A stretch of DNA of 64,000 nucleotides from Lepidodermella squamata (taxonomy: Eukaryota > Animalia > Gastrotricha): contig JBLDXI010000001.1 in the NCBI GenBank assembly GCA_047495785.1, positions 310,001-374,000 of the forward strand, written 5' to 3'. The notes below the pieces were generated by a model, which ran no database searches, was not told the origin of the DNA, and saw only the letters and a list, made by a program, of their open reading frames with translations. The translations under genes and the position numbers were made by a program. Positions 22,636-36,044 of this stretch are shown here, in pieces (within the stretch, counting starts at the first letter, position 1; each line of letters opens with the position of its first letter).

Positions 22636-24455
22636 ATGTTTGAAAGGTTTTACGATAACCTGAACAGTGAACATGTTTGGCGCCGCAACGTTCTTGCTCT
22701 AGCCAAGGCTCTTATCGTTGACATTTGTGATGATTTCATATCAAGTTCCACCGCTATCACAGAAGATTGCCTTCATGTATTCAATTTGCTTCAGGTATCC
22801 AGTTCTCAGTTTTTATTTTCTGAAATGTCGCTGGCGTAATAGGTCTTCGAGCACATTTTCGGTCGCAAGTTGAAGGAACAAACCGAGAATGGCACTGGTC
22901 GTGCGAATAGAGGTAGCAGTGGAGTGTTTGCAGCGTCCGCTTCCTTTTTCTCCTTATCTAATATCACCAGCGGTGGCTTTGAACGCACTGATCCATGGAC
23001 AATAGTGGAGATGTGCTCATTGGCCATAACTCCATCCCCACTATCAACTGTATACGACAAGGTTATGGAGGTTTGTAATCCAATTGCAACCTAACTGAGC
23101 TCTTGTTATCTACTTATTTTCGAGCTCAGATTGCGGGTGAAAAAGCGACTCGGATCGAGAAATTTCGAATTTGGTTTTTGCTGACTCTGGAGGAAAAAAA
23201 GTTGGAGGATTGCTTTAGTGAAATAATCAACGCTCAAAGTTACATCGGCCAAGTGTATACGGAGGGTGCATTTTTGGCTTCAGACGAAGCTGCTATTCTT
23301 CTTGGCTTTCTTCCAAGTCTGCGATGCGTAGACTTCGCCATATGTCTGAAAGGTGCCAAGTTGGATTACCCGTTTATATCTCTGGATTATTCGCCTTACT
23401 TATCTACTCGCTCATTGAGAAGAGCAATAACGAATCAAAAAGTGGATGATCAAGAAGGACCTGACGTCAGCTCTTCTCATCTTGCACAGTTACTTGATCA
23501 AAAATCATATCTGGAGGAAGTGAACGCCAGGTTATCAGAGCGGAACAAAGCTTTGGAAGCCCAGGTAACGGATGAGGTTATTTAACAATGTTCGTAAAAA
23601 GCTGGTTTCTAGGTGATCAGTGAGACGTCTAGTGTTAGAGATACTCTCGAGCACGAATTGGAAGCGGCCAAGGCCATCCACGCCCTTACTAAACGTTCGC
23701 TTGAAGAGCAGTTAGCGAACACCGAAACGCAGTTACGGGAAGCTGAGGCAGCTCGCCTCCAAGCAGAACGGGAGAAAGCTGCCGAAGTCAGTGCAAGAAG
23801 AGAGCGAGAACTCTCTGCTGAAGTATTAGAGAGAGATCTTCAGTTGAAACAAGAGCTTATAGCTTCCTTGAGAGAGCAAATCGCAGACTTGAAAACTCGG
23901 CTCAGCCGGACATCGGATGTCGGACAAAGTTTGGCTGCAGCCGAGCAAGCCAAAGCAGTGCTGATAGAACAAGTGGAATCGCGTGAAAGGAGAATACTTG
24001 ACGGAGAAAATAACGTTCGCATCGAGCGAGAATGGCGATTGCAGCTACAAAAAACGTTAGAGGGCGAGAGACTTCGCATCCAAACATTGCAAACTGAACT
24101 TGAGTTGCTGCGAAATCGGTGCAGCGAATACGAGCGCAAATGCGCTGAGCAAGAAACTGCTCTGACGGACATGGCCCAACGTTTGGCCGAGTCGCGGCTC
24201 AGAATTGATCACTTCGAAGAGGTAAACGCGAGCAAACGCGATGCTCAGTGGGTCGATGACAAAGACATTGTTGCATGCACGTCTTGCAATATGAATTTCA
24301 CTGTTGCTAGAAGACGCCATCACTGTAGAGCTTGCGGCGGAGTTTTCTGCGACGATTGTTCATCAAAACGCATTCAGCTTCCTTCCGCACCGAAGCCAGT
24401 TCGTGTGTGTGATTTATGCTTCATCAAACATCAACAAGGACTTTCAGTGTCTTAA
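22636..24455 (+). CDS. RUN and FYVE domain-containing protein (RUFY1/2-like)
   Basis: RRNVLALAK..; RUN domain (FRIWFLLTLEEKKL, Y.EGAFLASDEA); LLDQKSYLEEVN; coiled coil; VRIEREWRLQLQ; FYVE WVDDKD..C..C..F..ARRRHHCRACGGVFCDDCS..PVRVCDLC. Confidence 0.93.
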
Positions 24456-24730
24456 ATTTATATTCCATGCCAATTGGCGAACATTTGCAATACGATATCG
24501 TCTTTCCTCGAAACTTCCAATTACCAAAAATGTGCGATAAAATATTATTTTAAGCTGATTTTCGAACAACGAAAACATTCATAAGTTATCGTGTGCGCAT
24601 TTATAGCGCCAGTTATTGCTTCCGTAACTTTGAATCAACTTGTGCTTCAGTTGAGTTGACGTACTATTTACTGATAACTGTTATCGTTTATTAATCGATT
24701 CGTAATATCTATCTTTTATTATTCTAGAAA

Positions 24731-26925
24731 ATGTTAGATTTGGTTTCCTTGTTTTTGATATCAGTCTTCGTGTCTGTATTCGTCGGATTAGTTCTGAAAA
24801 GAGCTCGGCCTCCTGATAAAGACGCGCAACTCGCTCGGAAAATATCGAGCATATTTGGTGATCTGAATGAACAATCTGGTAAGTTGAACTGAACCTTATA
24901 GCTGCAGAATTTTGACAATCTTCCGCCAGGTCACACTTTTCACTCGGTCGACTTGTTTTCGAAGCCCACATATTCCAGTAGCTCAAAGCAACCGTTGCTT
25001 TTAGGCGGTCTTCAGTGTGATAAATGCGGTATTTGCATTGCTAGCGACGAGAAAAGTCAAGCGAATGCCTATCTGAAGTGTAAACCTCTCTTTATTGACG
25101 ACGTGAAAATCGAGTCAGACCACGAATTCATTGCCGACGATGATCATGAACCTGACGATTTTGGAACCTCGAAAGATCATCACTGGGTTGTGGGAAACCT
25201 GCCTCTCTTAAGTGTATGCTCCGTGTGCAATCAGCCTACTGGTCATGAACCCCGTCTTGTCGACTATTTTTGTTCATTGTGCCATCGGACTGTTCATGAT
25301 AAGGTGAGAGATAGGATTTTCAGCCTTATTTCAATAACTTATTTTATCTTAATCTTCAGTGCCTTGGAACTTTCTTAGCTGCCATGTCCACTCGTTTTTG
25401 TGATCTGGGGTCTCTGGCACGTTATTCGATTCCGCCGTGGTGCCTTCGAGTTCGGCGAGCTCGCAACGTGTCAGCCACTCGGTTGATCAAGGGCAAAGGC
25501 AAATTGTCTATTGCTCGTATCACCAGCCCAGCTGTAAATGATTGGGAGCCACTTTTTGTGTTCGCGAATCGGCTCTCCGGAAATGCTGATGCAGAGCCTA
25601 TTCTGCACGCTTTTAGGTTACATTTGAATTCTATCTGTCAAGTCTTCGACCTCAGCGATCATCGAGATCCCGGAGGTAACTATATTCGAAACAATCGTAT
25701 GAAATTAAGCAGCTTATCTTTTTTAGCAATTCTCGGTACTCTAAATGATCTTCTTCCTGCGAGTGTAAAATCGTTTACGGTATTGATTGCTGGCGGCGAC
25801 GGCACAGTTCGCTGGATCGCTAATGCCTTATGCGACCTCTCCGAACAATTCATGGGCAAAAATCGACAGCCTAAAATCGCGATTCTTCCTCTTGGTAAAT
25901 AAATTTAAGTGACAGCGGCGAGATAAATCGCACTGAAAACGTCTTCTTTTTACTTTTTACAGGGACAGGGAATGATCTTGCCAGAGCTTTAGGGCTAGGC
26001 GGAGGCCATGTTGGCTCATTGGAGGTCATGGAATATTTTGAAAAAGTGCTACGAAAATGCGAAGCAGTAAAACTCGACCGTTGGCATGTTAGTTCATGCT
26101 AGTAATTTGTGTGGCATGCAATCATCCTTCCCTATGTAATTTTAAGGTTGACATTCGTTCACTAAACGACCCAACCGACGAGAATTCTAGAAGCGTTGTG
26201 AGCACGCCCACAACTCGAACAACAAGAGCCTCGCGTTTGGCCGCAATCAGGTCATGGCGGCCACACCTACCTGCGTTAACGAAAAACTCATTCATGTACA
26301 ACTACATATCAATTGGCGCCGATGCGTCGGTGACTTTATCGTTCGCTCAACAACGCGATGCCACTCCATGGCTCTGCAATAGCCGCTTGACTAACAAACT
26401 CATATATGGTATCTACGGCCTTGTTGATATGTTTCAGCGCGAATGCCACGATTTGCATCACAATCTTCGCTTGACACTCGATGACAAGTTCGTTATTTAT
26501 TCCAAAACAGGACTAGTTTTTTATTAATTTCTAATAATTGCAGGATTATAGATCCATTGCCTCAAATCGAAGCTCTTATCTTTTTGAATATTTCTTGCTG
26601 GGGTGGTGGTTGCCGGCTGCTTGACCTTGGCGCGGATGAAACCGACCCAAACACTCCGAAAGTCTCATTTTCTGAACAAAAATTCGATGACGGAGTTGTT
26701 GAAGTACTCGGCGTGTTTTCAGCCGTTCACATGGCGCAGTTGATGGCGGGTTTCGCATCTCCCGTGCGGATCGGCCAAGCGAAGCGAGTCACTGTCGACT
26801 TGTTGAAGCGATTTCCCGTGCAAGTCGATGGCGAAGCTTGGAAGCAATCTCCAGCTCGTATCATCATTTCTTGCTGTGGGCAAGTCGACGTTCTCTCAAA
26901 GACCGACGGTGAGCACGACGAGTGA
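24731..26925 (+). CDS. DGKE: Diacylglycerol kinase epsilon-like
   Basis: N-terminal TM (MLDLVSLFLISVFVSVFVGLVL), two C1 domains (HHWVVGNLP..C..C), catalytic PLFVFANRLSG, LIAGGDGTV, ILPLGTGNDLARALG, accessory MYNYISIGADA and PVQVDGEAWKQ. Confidence 0.92.
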
Positions 26926-27600
26926 GCTTCTAGCCGGATTTTCATCTTATCCCGCGTGATAATTTAATTTTACATACTTCGGACGAGTTATTCGAGCGAA
27001 ACTTCAGTCGTACCTCTCTCTTCATCCTAGTTTTTATCCAAGGGTAAATTATGCCCGAAGTGCTATTGTTGCAATATTCTCAGATCGATGAAGAGTAGCT
27101 AGTCTGCGCAGGGCAGAATTGATTTGTACTTGTTTATCTCGTATTCCCTCGCGATTCGGCACATCTGCAACGCTAGTGTGTGATCGATTTAACATTTTAA
27201 CCCTTCAATTTGAAACAGAAATCTTTGATGCGACTAGATCTCTTTCAGTGCTGTGCCGTTTTGTTAAATATCTTTTTTACTTTTTCATGTTATTTAATGT
27301 GCGACTCTTGTCTTGATGATTCGTCCATATTTTTGCGAAATAAATACAACTAAATCAGAAAACCACATTTATTTTTGAATTGCATACAAATTTGACTCGA
27401 TGTGAGTGAAAAAACAATAATATAAAAATTACTATATTGGCATAAACAAAATAGCCCTGGCCAACACAGCAGTGACACGCCATAAATTAAAGCTGAAAAA
27501 ATCGAAAAACAAGATTCGCTTGATAAAAATTGCAGTTCTGCGGCACAACCGAGCGCACCAATACGCGGTGGAAAGTATTAAAGGCGAAATCTGGACTGAT

Positions 27601-29257
27601 TTACAGTTGAAGCTTCGACGGGTCGAAAAGCTTGGCAAGCGCTGCGGCATCGCCATCGACCGACAGTCTACCCGACATCGCTGCCATCAAGGGAGACAGC
27701 GAGCCTTCGCGCAACGACTGCAGAGTATCCCAATCGGCAATGAACAGACTGCCAACTTGTTTAAAATTATCTGGAGAAATAGAGATATTAATCAACGGCC
27801 GTATCATGAATGAATCAATTTACCGCTTTTATCGAACTGTCGGCTTCCATCAAGTGGTCCATCGACATGTCCGGTATAAGGGAATAGTAGCCAGGTAGCA
27901 TCAGGGCCAATCGAAAGTCGAAACATTGAATCAGGGGCAATATCAAGGCCAGATTGTGGGCCCGATGAGATTTGGCGCAAGCTCTGAATCAAATATTCGG
28001 TTATTTTCATGGCATGAGATGGATTTATGCTTTGTGCAGCCTGGGAGCATGAGGCTTCTCCATTTTCAGACGGCTTTGGTTCGGTGCGCGATTCGGCTGC
28101 TGCTTTTGAATTCTGAGACATGAATGGCATGGCACCTGAAATGATTGACGACAGTGGATTCGCCGCTTTATTCGATGAACCAATAGCGCTGAGAAGTTCC
28201 CTAATGATTTCCTGGCCCGGGTCTGGTGGCTGTGAACGATGGCAAATTCTAAGACATGGACAGAGAAAATAGGCTAATTCAAAATTACCTGACGGATAAC
28301 TTCCAACTGCGAGGTAACAAACGTGTCGACAAAAACGCCAAATTGAGTCAAATGGCGGTGGCAGAGGGATCGAAGTTCACACTGAACACCTCCGGCGTAT
28401 TTCTGCAGAGTATCGAGAGATTGCGTACCCAAGTAAGTGACAAACTGGCCCTGGACAACGTGGCGAATCGACGTTCCAGAATCATTGGACATGCGAACAA
28501 AGCGAAGAGGGTCCGTAACATGGAAAGATATTTCCGCGCCCAGACGGACAACCGATCCATCGTTTAGTCCGATTTGACTCGGCGGTACCGAGAAACCACG
28601 TCGGCCGAGGCTGACGCGGTGAGGACGATCGAGCAAAGGCCAAACAAAAACTAGTCTTCCAGGGTTGGTATGCACTAGCGGCGTCTGGCCGGCTCGAAAT
28701 ATTACAACTGCTTCATTTGTTCGGACTCGCGTGATCGTCCAGTACCTGAACCAGGCGCAAATTATAACTTAAATGCTTCACACATTTAATTCATACCAAT
28801 GAAAAGGAAGTAGAATAAGCCAGGCCACAGCAAATAGCGAAAAAATAAACGCCCAAGCAACTCTGTCACGAATGCTAGCCATGACTTGAGTAACGTTTTC
28901 GGAGTCTCTTGTAATGGCTTTTTTCTGCTTGGAATCTGTCGTAGCAAAAGGAGGATGCAAAAACAGCTGGATCATCGAGTCGAAAAACCCGAGGTTGCCA
29001 TGCCGTGGTTCCATCACAACACTGTACCCGCTAGGAGTTATGTTCCAATATTCGGCGAATTTATCGTTCGACGAGCCGCCGCGATGGAATTTTTCTTTAA
29101 ACTTAGGCTCATCAAAGCCAGACTTTAAATTTTTAGAGCTTTCGGCAGATGAGTAGGTAAAAATGCTTTCATAAGAAATTCCTTTCTCTTCGTCAGCTTC
29201 CTTCGCTTCCACATGCTCTTCAGTTGGTATGCGAAAATATTTAATCAATGAACTCAT
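27601..29257 (-). CDS. STOML1: Stomatin-like protein 1 / UNC-24-like (TM + SPFH domain + C-terminal SCP2 domain)
   Basis: Hydrophobic segment FIFSLFAVAWLILLPFHW; SPFH PGRLVFVWPLLDRPHRVSL..FSVPP; SCP2 tail LQSLREGSLSPLMAAMSGRLSVDGDAAALAKL. Confidence 0.85.
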
Positions 29258-29385
29258 TTCTGCGTCTAAAATAAACGAAATAAATAATCTGCATCATTTA
29301 GCTTTAAACGATATCACAACAAAGAGGTAAACGTGAGATGACGACAACAACTCATAGATTACTTTCTGAAAGATAGCAATATGCG

Positions 29386-29983
29386 TTACTTTCGAACGTC
29401 AAAACTTTTGAATGATAGAGCGTCAATGCTCCGTTCATTTTTAATATCGCACTTCTCAATGTGAGATTTTGGACTTCCAGTTTTTGCCAACCAGTGCTTC
29501 CTGAAATATTAATATATATTTCAGTGATAAAAATCAGCAAGACGTACATAGTATCGATTTTTGCCGCTTGGCCTTCAGCTTGTCCTTGAACCGTGCCACC
29601 TGAAATTATACATGACAATCTTTTATGGTGCCAGGTTAAAAAATTACCTGGGGTATTCATTACCCAACCAACAAGTCCTAGTTCGTCGGCTTTGTTTTTA
29701 GTAAACTGTAAGAAAAACGTTTGGATACTGAATCGCCACTTCATCACTCAGAACGAACCTTGCGAAAGAAAACCCCTTGGACCTTGCCGAAAACCTCGTA
29801 ATCGAAGGCTTTTAGAGCGCTCGACATGTTATTCGGGGCAAGTTGCTCAGCAGTCTGATCGAATAAATCGGACTTGAAAGTGATGAAAATAAAGCCACCA
29901 ATGCCTACAGCAACAGATATACTAATGATGAATACAATTGCTATCTTTCCATATCCGCTTGACCCATTCCGCTTTCGGGCCAT
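29386..29983 (-). CDS. ACYP: Acylphosphatase with in-frame N-terminal hydrophobic extension
   Basis: Four exons give AFDYEVFGKVQGVFFRK/FTKNKADELGLVGWVMNTP/GTVQGQAEG..IDTM/KHWLAKTGSPKSHIEKC..SFKSFDVRK*. The upstream ATG at 29983 adds a TM-like stretch. Confidence 0.93.
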
Positions 29984-30250
29984 CGATTAGCAAAAAGATC
30001 GGGTTCTTCTCAAAATTAACCTCACTATGCATTTGATTGGTTTAGACTGGCGGATATTGTTAAATAAAAGAACTAAAATATAACAAAAAATGTCAATAAA
30101 ACTGATGACAATAAAATTATAAGGTGTATAAAATGAATTTATCACAGCATGAAGGATATGCATGCGTCGGGAATCACAATTCCAGTGAAAAAGCAGTGTC
30201 ACTCAGAAATTTTTCCAAATATACAATGGTATAATATACTTGAAAAGCGT

Positions 30251-31560
30251 TCAGTCAGTGTTCTTCTCTATAATTGTAGAAACAATGGTGTCTTCCTCAT
30301 GGGGAGCAGCGAGTTCCGGAGGGATCGAATCGCCAACCAAGTCTTTCGATTCGTTCAGGTCAAAAAAGCAGACCAATGCTAAGAGACAGTTTTCCGCTAT
30401 AGCAGAATCACTTGATAGCGAAGCCCATACAGGAAGATATGCAATTCCACGAAACGAAACTTTTCCACCATCAACCACTTGCTGCTCGATACGCCGCAGG
30501 GTGGCTAGAAATTTGATGGCAACCGATCCCGGCACGACGCATAGCATTCCCGATGTGCTGGAATACGACTCGCCAGTAAATTCTAGAATTGGCACATATG
30601 GATGGCGGCTTGCTTGGAACCCATACAAGATAGACCAAGACTTGAAAACGATATCAGCATTGGACAGAGCAGTGTTAAAAATGTTGCCTGAATCATTGAA
30701 AGATTCGGCATGACTTGGAATGAAAATGAACTGAACATCGGAAGCTGGCGAAGGTGTCGATGCAATTCGCATGAAACAGAACGGCACTGGTAGAGTAGTT
30801 GGTTTTGTTGATGCCATAACCCCTACTATTTCAAGTCCACATCCCGCCGGATCGCTTGTCGCAGCCGTTACTGGACGCAGTTTCCTACGATATGACTGAG
30901 AAAATACCTCTTCGTCATGACGGTCCTATAAAAACAAATAATATTAATAAATGAGAAACCGGTGGTCAATATATCAAATACGCATGTCACGGGTCTCGTC
31001 CATAGTTCCGGCTTCTTTTGCTCTTGCGGTACATCCAACTCGATAGTAGCAGTTCCAGGGGTTAGTACTATTTGCGATCTTGTTCGAATTATTGCTGCAT
31101 TGATTCAATTTAAAACTCAAAAACAAAAAGAAATAAGAAACTACTCACGACCAAGGTACTCGAAAAGATTTGTTAGCCGCGAGTACAAAGCAAGTTGAAG
31201 TTGGCGAATTGCTGAGTCTATCGCATTCTCGATCTGAATTAAATGCTGCAGCGCTCGATCCTAACAAAAACACATATGAATCATGCGTTCGAATATGTCG
31301 CTGAAAAATTAGTGTCAAAATTTCTTAATTGCAGCCGAAGGCACTGTGATATTACCATTCCAGCATAACGATGATAGAATTATTAGTAAGTGTCAGCAGC
31401 TAAAATGATGCTCTTGATGTTGACATGTTGTTAGTTGCTCTACAATTTTGCTGAATTTCGCTAAATAATGGAGTATGCTCATGACTTGGAACCAGGGAAT
31501 GCCAAGAGATGATATAAAAAGTGAATCGACGAGAAAAGCTGGTGGCGACAAATGAATCAT
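30251..31560 (-). CDS. Uncharacterised multi-exon protein
   Basis: Long terminal exon ~30251-30926 plus upstream GT-AG exons (DRALQHLIQIENAIDSAIRQLQLALYSRLTNLFEYLG; possible start MIHLSPPAFLVDS at ~31560). Family not recognised. Confidence 0.55.
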
Positions 31561-31598
31561 TTCTATACCTTTGTTCTTTCTTCATTGGGCAATCAATG

Positions 31599-33870
31599 TT
31601 AAACAGGTGGTTTTCTCAATCTAAATGTTTCAGCGAAGCTGCTTATTACACGTTCGATCTGATTGTTGAAATGTCCACCAAAATATCTACTGAAATGCGA
31701 AATTACCCTGACGTAGAATAGATATGTAAAATACTATACGCTAAAACAAGGCGATGCAAAGATCTTGATTCCACGCAAAACTTTAGGTGTTAGTATCAAC
31801 CCACAAAATATTAGTAGATGCGTAAAATCGTGACAATCAATCAATACGTGTTGCGTTCTAAGTGTAACGCCTTGCGAAGCTCGAGTTAGCGTCCTTACTT
31901 CTCCGGCCCTCTTCCCAGAGGGGTAAACATGTTTTCCGCTAATACCCAGTAACATATTCGCAGTCTTAGGCCTCCTCGAGCTATATCTTATAGTTGATGG
32001 CTCCCGATCAACAAGAAATACAGCTCTTCTAATGCCGCTGATCACAGTACAGTTTACAGTAAATTTAGAGAATAAATAGAGACAATAAATAGGTACCTAT
32101 ATTTTCTTCTCATAGAAGGATCCGGAGCTCTCATACGAGGAATTGCTTGTATATCCACGTCTTCATCTTCAGATGAAATTTCACCTACACGAAAGAAAAT
32201 TTGCAACACAATTTTGGAATTTCTGTATCGAAAACTTCGTATATTCCCATCAACAGGCTCCTTAGTTTGATCCATTGCATCCTCGCTATCAATGACGTTC
32301 GCGTTGAAATGTTTTGCTATCATCATGGAGAGAATCCCAGGAGATAAGGGTCCTTTGGTTAGAAAGCCAGCGATCAGTGATTTTGCGGAGACTGGATTAG
32401 CTAATATCAGAATATGGCTAATTACAAAGCTCCAAGTACTTCATTAATTTATACCAAGTAAGGACGAGAAGCCGCACTTGTCAGTCTCCATAGGTACAAC
32501 GGAAGGCTCCATTTGCACTGATATCAGCCTGAAAGAATCAACAGTCAGCATGCGAGATTACAGCATATAATGGGTTGTAAATTAGCGTGCAAAAAACGCT
32601 CCCTTAGCGCTGATAAGAAGAACAACATACGAACCCATTCTCAATTTTACAGAACATCATATACATGTGTAGCTTAGCGGGCACCCTATTATAATCCATG
32701 AAGTTAAATTTACATACACGGGTTTTTGCTGACGAGGGCTGCTGGCAGGTGCAGTAACTTCAGGCTTTTCAGTTCGAAAGCCATCATCTTCATTTAGCCG
32801 CATCGCATCAAAGGCCAAACGGATTGCACTTTTCGAGCGACGTTTCGGCTGTGTCTTAGAACTGGCTACTGTAAAATTAACAACGATCAAATTCGACAGT
32901 AAAGGTGGCAGAAGAAAAAAATACCATTCGAAGGGCTAGCTGGAAAAATACCAATAGTAGTATCGACGTTATCAGATATCATAGGTTTAGCGGGAAGCCA
33001 AAGAGGCAATAAACTATGAGAATGATTGTAAAAACGAGTTTATTATTTCTAATAAGTAAATTACCCTCCAGATATACGTTCCGAACGCCTAGGAGGAGCT
33101 TCTTTGACTTTTTTGTCTGCCAACTTGCGACGAGACACATTTTTCGATATGAATTTTTTGACATTTTTGTCTACTTCCAGCAACAACACAGAGCCAGGAT
33201 AAACATGCCGTGATGACATGGCGACAAAGACCCAAATCAACGAAATAATCGGGTTTGGGTAATTCCAAGCTGCTACTTTTGTGGTTCAGGCGTAAACTTC
33301 CATGATTAATCGCGGAGCCCCGAACGAGAAGCCTTGAGCGAAGCCGCAGGCAGTGTCTGCGTTTTGTCCGCTGAAGATGGCAGGGAGAGTTAGCGCCAAG
33401 TTTACATAATTTCAAGGTCATCCAAATTTTCAATTAAAAATATTTGGCAATATTTAATTTAATAATTATCTCATTCTTTCCAATTTTACCTAGCAACGCG
33501 TGGCCTCTTATGCTTACCTGTTGCAGACGGGCATCTAAGGCTATCGCTGACCGCTGACCCGGCTGACATAGACCCTTTTGAGAGCAAAGTTCACTGTTCT
33601 CTCCGGCACCCATGCCCTTTGAATCGTTAGTCAGAATCGCATACATCATAAGCCTAAATGAAAGTATAATAGCTATTGTAGCTATACCTATAGCCGTCGT
33701 AGGTGTGTAACTAAGCCGACAAAAATTGCCACCTTCACTAGTCACTAGGGGCAAACACATACAAATCAGTACGTAATACGTATAAGGTAATTTAGTCATT
33801 TTCTTGTGAGCCATTCCCATTCGACACCATTGATCTCCCCGGGCAGTTGAACTAGCTATCAACCTAAGGA
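31599..33870 (-). CDS. Uncharacterised multi-exon protein (boundaries approximate)
   Basis: Series of minus-strand coding segments with canonical splice signals (32657-32890, 32054-32326, 31734-32045; last exon ...ETFRLRKPPV*). No family recognised. Confidence 0.45.
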
Positions 33871-34034
33871 AACAGCAAATGACATAAAATGGCTTCATTT
33901 AAAACTGCAAATGCGCTTGCCCAAGTACTTGCACTATGAAAACTTGGCAATTTGATCACAAAGCCAAAGTCACATCTCAGCTTATGGTCTCCAAAATTTG
34001 TTCATTGGATTGTAGGGTAGTATTAACAGAAATA

Positions 34035-36044
34035 ATGTCTCAGGGCTGTGGTCCGTATTGCTGCCATCCTCAGTGCTGGCAGTCCGGAGGCTTTAAGTTG
34101 GATGAAAATAGTCATTCATCAAGTCTATCCGGCTTTCAGAAGTCTGCAAAGTCTGAAAATTACCCCACATTGACGCTTCAAACAATCCAGGGAGCGACGG
34201 AGTTAAAATCTCATTCTGTGGTAGCCAGTCGAGTCCCGTTTCGAATACAAGAAATGATGTGAGAATATAAAAACGAGGATTTGTTGAATTTAACAATTTG
34301 TTATTAAGGTTCTTGGCCGCCGGAAAATCTCCAGAGCCATCCAGTGCTGTTCAATCTCATTTACCTGAACCCACAACTGTTGCTAGTGTTAATTTACACA
34401 TCACTGATGCCGCAAATGGGCCAGCGCCGACAGGGTTTGATAGTCCTATTTACAGGTGGATCGCCAAGCCTGAATCAAAAATACTTGCTTCTAACAGGTA
34501 GACGTGAATTAAGCATATTCGTCATTGCGATTATCAATTATTCTTTAGAACCTATGACGTTCTAGAAAACGAAAGCAGTCGAGTCATCCATACAGTAAAC
34601 ATACTTCAACAAGCGTTACCTCCCGCAAAAGTAAAAGCTTGATAAACATAATTCTTGGTACTTATTTATTATCGAATCTGAATAGCTGAATGGAGGATTA
34701 GCACCCTCGCGCATGAATCCGAGAGCTCGAGGCTTCTTCCGTCCAAATCATTCCTCTGGATCCAATAGGTATGCAATGGAAATCTCTGGAATAATTATTA
34801 AAAATGTGATGCAGAGATTACGATAACGAGGCAGAGGAAACGGCTAACGAAATTCTGATGAACCTTATAGCTGCTTCAAAGTAAGAACTGATGTGACCCC
34901 AAGTAAGAAAATTAATGTATTTTCGAAACATTTAGAAATACGCTATCGCCGCGTGAGGAACCTCTTCCGGCCGAACAGGCTTACAACAGATATGCTGCTG
35001 TATGTTGAACCTTGAAGGCGTGGCAATTCCAACATTTCACCTGATGTGCTTATTTTAGACGATGCTGCCAAAAATATCTCGTTCCGACTCAGTCCAAACA
35101 ATTTTGAGGAGAAACGAGATGGGAAGTGCCTCATCAAACGGAAGAACTCGAAGGTCGAGACAACGACCAAGCGGTGTGCCGTTAACCGCCTTAACTCTAA
35201 AATTGGAGGGTGATAACGAGAAAGTTTCAGCCGTCACAGGTATAAATCCTGTGATTGTAAATTCTGTTATTATCATCCCTGTGCTTTTAGAGCGCCAAGT
35301 TTTGATACCATCGAAAGGAAAACGAGGCCTTCCGTTAGAAAAACGTAGCGACCATCAGCCAGTTTCGACTCTAGGCCGTGTCTTCTCAGGGCTGAGTTTG
35401 CGCGCTCGACAAGGAAGTCTCAAGCCGTCAACGGCTTCTACCTTGCGACATGCTAGCCAGCGTCCTTCGACACCAGAGACACTTGACATGTTGGACGATC
35501 CTCTTGGCTATCTTTCAGCCAGACTTAGCATCCCAGATAATGTCTCTAATGCTTCTGATCGTGGTTCAGAGTGCGCATCCACCCTGCAGTCAAGTCATCT
35601 CTCACCAAGTGGAGCCGTTGATATAAGCGGACCACCAACTTACAGAGACAACATCATGGTTCCGCCTATGGAGGAAATATTGCTCTTAGCAGTAGCTTCT
35701 GGGATTAAATCACCAGATAGTGCGTTTCAAACTTCAGCCCGAGCCCCGCCCGCTTCTCCTCAGGGAGAACTCTCGAATCGGGCAATTGATGAGAATTCAC
35801 TAGACCAAGATAGACCTTCTTCGCCACCTTGGCTTGGGCTCTATGTCTATGAACCCCACGAAGAGTCTCCCGTACCATCAGGTATGACTGAAAACGCTTG
35901 ATTATTGTATAATAACCAGTTTCTTTCTCAGAGGCTAAACGGTGCAGCCCTACCTCGGGACTGAGCAGCGCCATGGGTCTTTATCGAAGAGAGATGTCAG
36001 CGTTGTCTGCTTCTGATTTACGTGATGACAAGGAACAGTTCTAA
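34035..36044 (+). CDS. Uncharacterised, largely disordered Ser/Pro/Arg-rich protein with N-terminal CxHPQCW motif (weak C9orf43-like)
   Basis: MSQGCGPYCCHPQCW..ENYPTLTL; many short exons with GT-AG boundaries; large exon ~35290-35880. Confidence 0.5.
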
